From an uncultured bacterium (GTDB lineage: Bacteria > UBP6 > UBA1177 > JAKLFG01), in contig CALMRE010000159.1 in the NCBI GenBank assembly GCA_937871295.1, forward strand, positions 1-63,519: 63,519 bases of DNA, given 5' to 3'. Below, one piece after another: positions 61,510 through 63,519 of the stretch. The notes beneath the pieces were generated by a model. It did not search any database, was not told the origin of the DNA, and was given only the letters and a program-made list of their open reading frames with translations. A program made the position numbers and the translations under genes. Positions within the stretch are counted from its first letter, which is position 1. Each line of letters opens with the position of its first letter.

Positions 61510-63314
61510 TACACCGCCGCCTGCGCATCGGCCGGCTTTTGCCCCGGCTCCTTTCGGGCGTTCTGTTCGCCGTAGCCGCCTACTTTCTGGTGAAGTACGG
61601 CCGTCAGGTCGCCGCCGTAACGATCGTCGACAATAACTTCCACGCCACCGCCAAACTCATCGTGCTGGCGGTCGCCGGCTGGATCGGCATCATCCTCGCG
61701 CTGGTCGGCATGCTCTCCACCCGGCGCCGGTCGCGGCTGTTCATACCCCGGCGCGCCTATGTGCTCGCCATGCTCCTGCTGGTGCCGCTGATGGCCTATC
61801 TCTGGAACTTCACGGTGCAGTATTCGCTCAAGCGCTATCCCGTGTCGGGCGATGAGATCAGCATGATGTTCCAGGCCGATGTCTTCTCGCGCGGCAAACT
61901 CTGGAACACGACGATGGACCTGTCGGTCGCGCCGCACTTCAAGCGACACCATGTCGTAACGCTTCCCGAACGGGAATTCTCGAAATATCCGCCCGGCGTG
62001 CCGCTCCTGATGGCCCTTTTCACGCTGACGGTCGGCATCGAATGGACCAATGTCGGCATCACGCTGGCGACCTTCTTTCTGCTCTTTTTCGTGGTATCGC
62101 GGATATCGGGTTCGCGGGTGGCCGCGCTGCTGGTCGGACTGCTCTTCGCCGTTTCGACCTCGGTCATCTTTCACGCGAGTTCCTACTTCTCCCACCCGGC
62201 GGTGATGCTGCTGGCGCTCGCCGTGGTCGCCGCCGTCATGGCGGCGGGAAAAGCGGCGGCGGGTCGCGGGCGCGACCGGCTCATCGTGCTTGCGGGCGCC
62301 GTCATCGGGCTCACCCTCTTCTTCCGGATGTGGGACGCCGTCATCATCGCCTGCGCCGTGGGACTGTTCCTGACCCGCGAACTGTTCTTCCCTCCGCGTG
62401 GCGAACCGCGAAGTTCCCTGCGCGATCGCTTCCGCCCCTACCTGAGGACCGTCGGCCTGTTCTGTCTGGGCGTCGTGCCGTTCATTCTGCTGTTCCTGCT
62501 CTACCAGAAACTCTACACCGGCGAATTCCTCACCTCCCCCTACAAACTCTATTACTACGGCCATCAGCTCATCGCGAGCAAGCGGATCAACGAGATACAC
62601 GCCGACATGGGCGATTACTACGATAAGGGACTGCTCGGGCTCACCCCCAACTGGCTCAAGGCGCAGGCGCAGTGGACCAACAAATACCTGATCTGGCTCC
62701 TGCTCGCCCTCCCTTTCCTTAAACTCGGCAGACTCCGCCGGTATGAATGGTTCCTCGTCTTCCTGCCGATAAGTTACATCCTCGGCTATGCGATACACAA
62801 CGCCGGGGGCGGCGACAGTTTCGGCGCCCGCTACTACTACCCGGCGCTCTGGTGCTGGTTCTACGGCGCCGCCGAATCGGTGCACTATCTCGCGCGGCGG
62901 CTGTGGCGCTACCTTCACTGGGTCCCCTATGTCCCGTTCCTTTACTTCCTGTTCACCTACTGGCAGGAGGACTTCCCCGGCAAGGAGACCGGCATCATGC
63001 GCGGCGTCAACAAGCGGTTCGCCCTCTACGAACACGTCGAGAACCGCGTGCCGCCCGGCCAGAAAGCGGTCGTCCTGATCAAGCGCCCCACCGCGATGGA
63101 CGGCAGTTTCTTCACCCGCCACGCCATAGATCTTTCGGACCGCATCCTCTACGGCCGTCACTTCGTCAAGCCGCGGCTGGCCGAGGATCTTCTGCAGCAG
63201 TTCCCCGACCGCCGCATCTACGTGTTCGATTGGGACAAGAAGAGCAAAAAGATAAACTTCTACGAGATCGGGGGAAAGGCGGATGAAACAGCCGTGGAAG
63301 ATACTCATCGTTGA
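61506..63314 (+). CDS. Polytopic membrane glycosyltransferase, GT39/ArnT (PMT_2)-like
   Basis: About 600 aa with many TM helices. A DE motif in the first extracytoplasmic loop (PVSGDEISMMFQADVF). Soluble C-terminal domain. Confidence 0.55.
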   Translation: MIHRRLRIGRLLPRLLSGVLFAVAAYFLVKYGRQVAAVTIVDNNFHATAKLIVLAVAGWIGIILALVGMLSTRRRSRLFIPRRAYVLAMLLLVPLMAYLWNFTVQYSLKRYPVSGDEISMMFQADVFSRGKLWNTTMDLSVAPHFKRHHVVTLPEREFSKYPPGVPLLMALFTLTVGIEWTNVGITLATFFLLFFVVSRISGSRVAALLVGLLFAVSTSVIFHASSYFSHPAVMLLALAVVAAVMAAGKAAAGRGRDRLIVLAGAVIGLTLFFRMWDAVIIACAVGLFLTRELFFPPRGEPRSSLRDRFRPYLRTVGLFCLGVVPFILLFLLYQKLYTGEFLTSPYKLYYYGHQLIASKRINEIHADMGDYYDKGLLGLTPNWLKAQAQWTNKYLIWLLLALPFLKLGRLRRYEWFLVFLPISYILGYAIHNAGGGDSFGARYYYPALWCWFYGAAESVHYLARRLWRYLHWVPYVPFLYFLFTYWQEDFPGKETGIMRGVNKRFALYEHVENRVPPGQKAVVLIKRPTAMDGSFFTRHAIDLSDRILYGRHFVKPRLAEDLLQQFPDRRIYVFDWDKKSKKINFYEIGGKADETAVEDTHR

Positions 63315-63519
63315 CGACGATCCCTCCATCCTGCGGAGTTTCGAGAAGTTCCTGCGGGGAGAGGGGCACGCCGTTTCGACGGCCCGCGACGGCATCGAGG
63401 GCTGGGAAGCGATCCTTTCCGACCGGCCCGACATCCTGCTGACCGACATCAATATGCCGCGCATGACGGGGCTGGAACTGCTGGAGAAGATGCGCGCCGA
63501 ATTGGGCGGGACGATGCCG
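63283..63519 (+). CDS. Response regulator receiver domain (3' end outside window)
   Basis: My own translation: MKQPWKILIVDDDPSILRSFEKFLRGEGHAVSTARDGIEGWEAILSDRPDILLTDINMPRMTGLELLEKM.. It has the canonical DD pair and acceptor Asp. It runs off the window so is absent from the ORF track. Confidence 0.85.
   Translation, partial: MKQPWKILIVDDDPSILRSFEKFLRGEGHAVSTARDGIEGWEAILSDRPDILLTDINMPRMTGLELLEKMRAELGGTMP

Noticed and set aside
61320-63464. 714-codon minus-strand ORF.
   Set aside because: It is the antisense shadow of the GT39-like membrane protein gene. It has no motifs and a composition typical of the wrong frame in GC-rich DNA.

Overview
This is a 63.5-kb high-GC bacterial chromosomal fragment. 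Hand-counted 60-nt lines are mostly 63-75% GC. I call about 57 protein genes. I saw no rRNA, tRNA, CRISPR array, transposase or integrase. All domain calls come from motifs read in the ORF translations; no BLAST or HMM search was run.

Housekeeping backbone: rpmB; rpsF-rpsR-rplI-dnaB; xseB-(pseudo-receiver)-dxs-ispG; a double-length thyX; a DEAD-box helicase; panB; rsmI-yraN-smpB; and a GldG-type ABC-2 exporter operon. Canonical sigma70-like promoters (TTGACN, 16-17 nt spacer, TAnnnT) are readable in most intergenic gaps.

Between these genes lies a very dense secretome. It includes three tandem ~1000-aa paralogous surface proteins with CxC-TM-Arg (MYXO-CTERM-like) tails, TSP3-OmpA, Kazal-like, CAP, metallophosphoesterase and DUF4349 proteins, two tandem arylsulfotransferase-like lipoproteins, and two six-Cys-repeat proteins, one fused to an FGE-sulfatase domain. 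The MYXO-CTERM-like tails, a FrzS-like pseudo-receiver/coiled-coil protein, a TIGR02266-type PilZ and CGNG Cys repeats suggest a Myxococcota-like lineage. That assignment is inference only.

Most interesting candidates:
1. A truncated C-terminal signal: an acidic tether followed by G-C-x-(C/L), four or five hydrophobic residues and the C-terminus. It occurs on three proteins. One is a 62-aa tail-only peptide co-operonic with a 140-aa 4-TM membrane protein. That operon shares an 18-nt promoter cassette with the giant-protein genes.
2. A ~2.8-kb low-GC island (39788-42586). It carries a tightly coupled three-gene module (TIGR04255-family protein, a 149-aa protein and a Cys/His hydrolase-like protein) plus a wHTH/nuclease-like gene. 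The module is bracketed by a 16-nt direct repeat.
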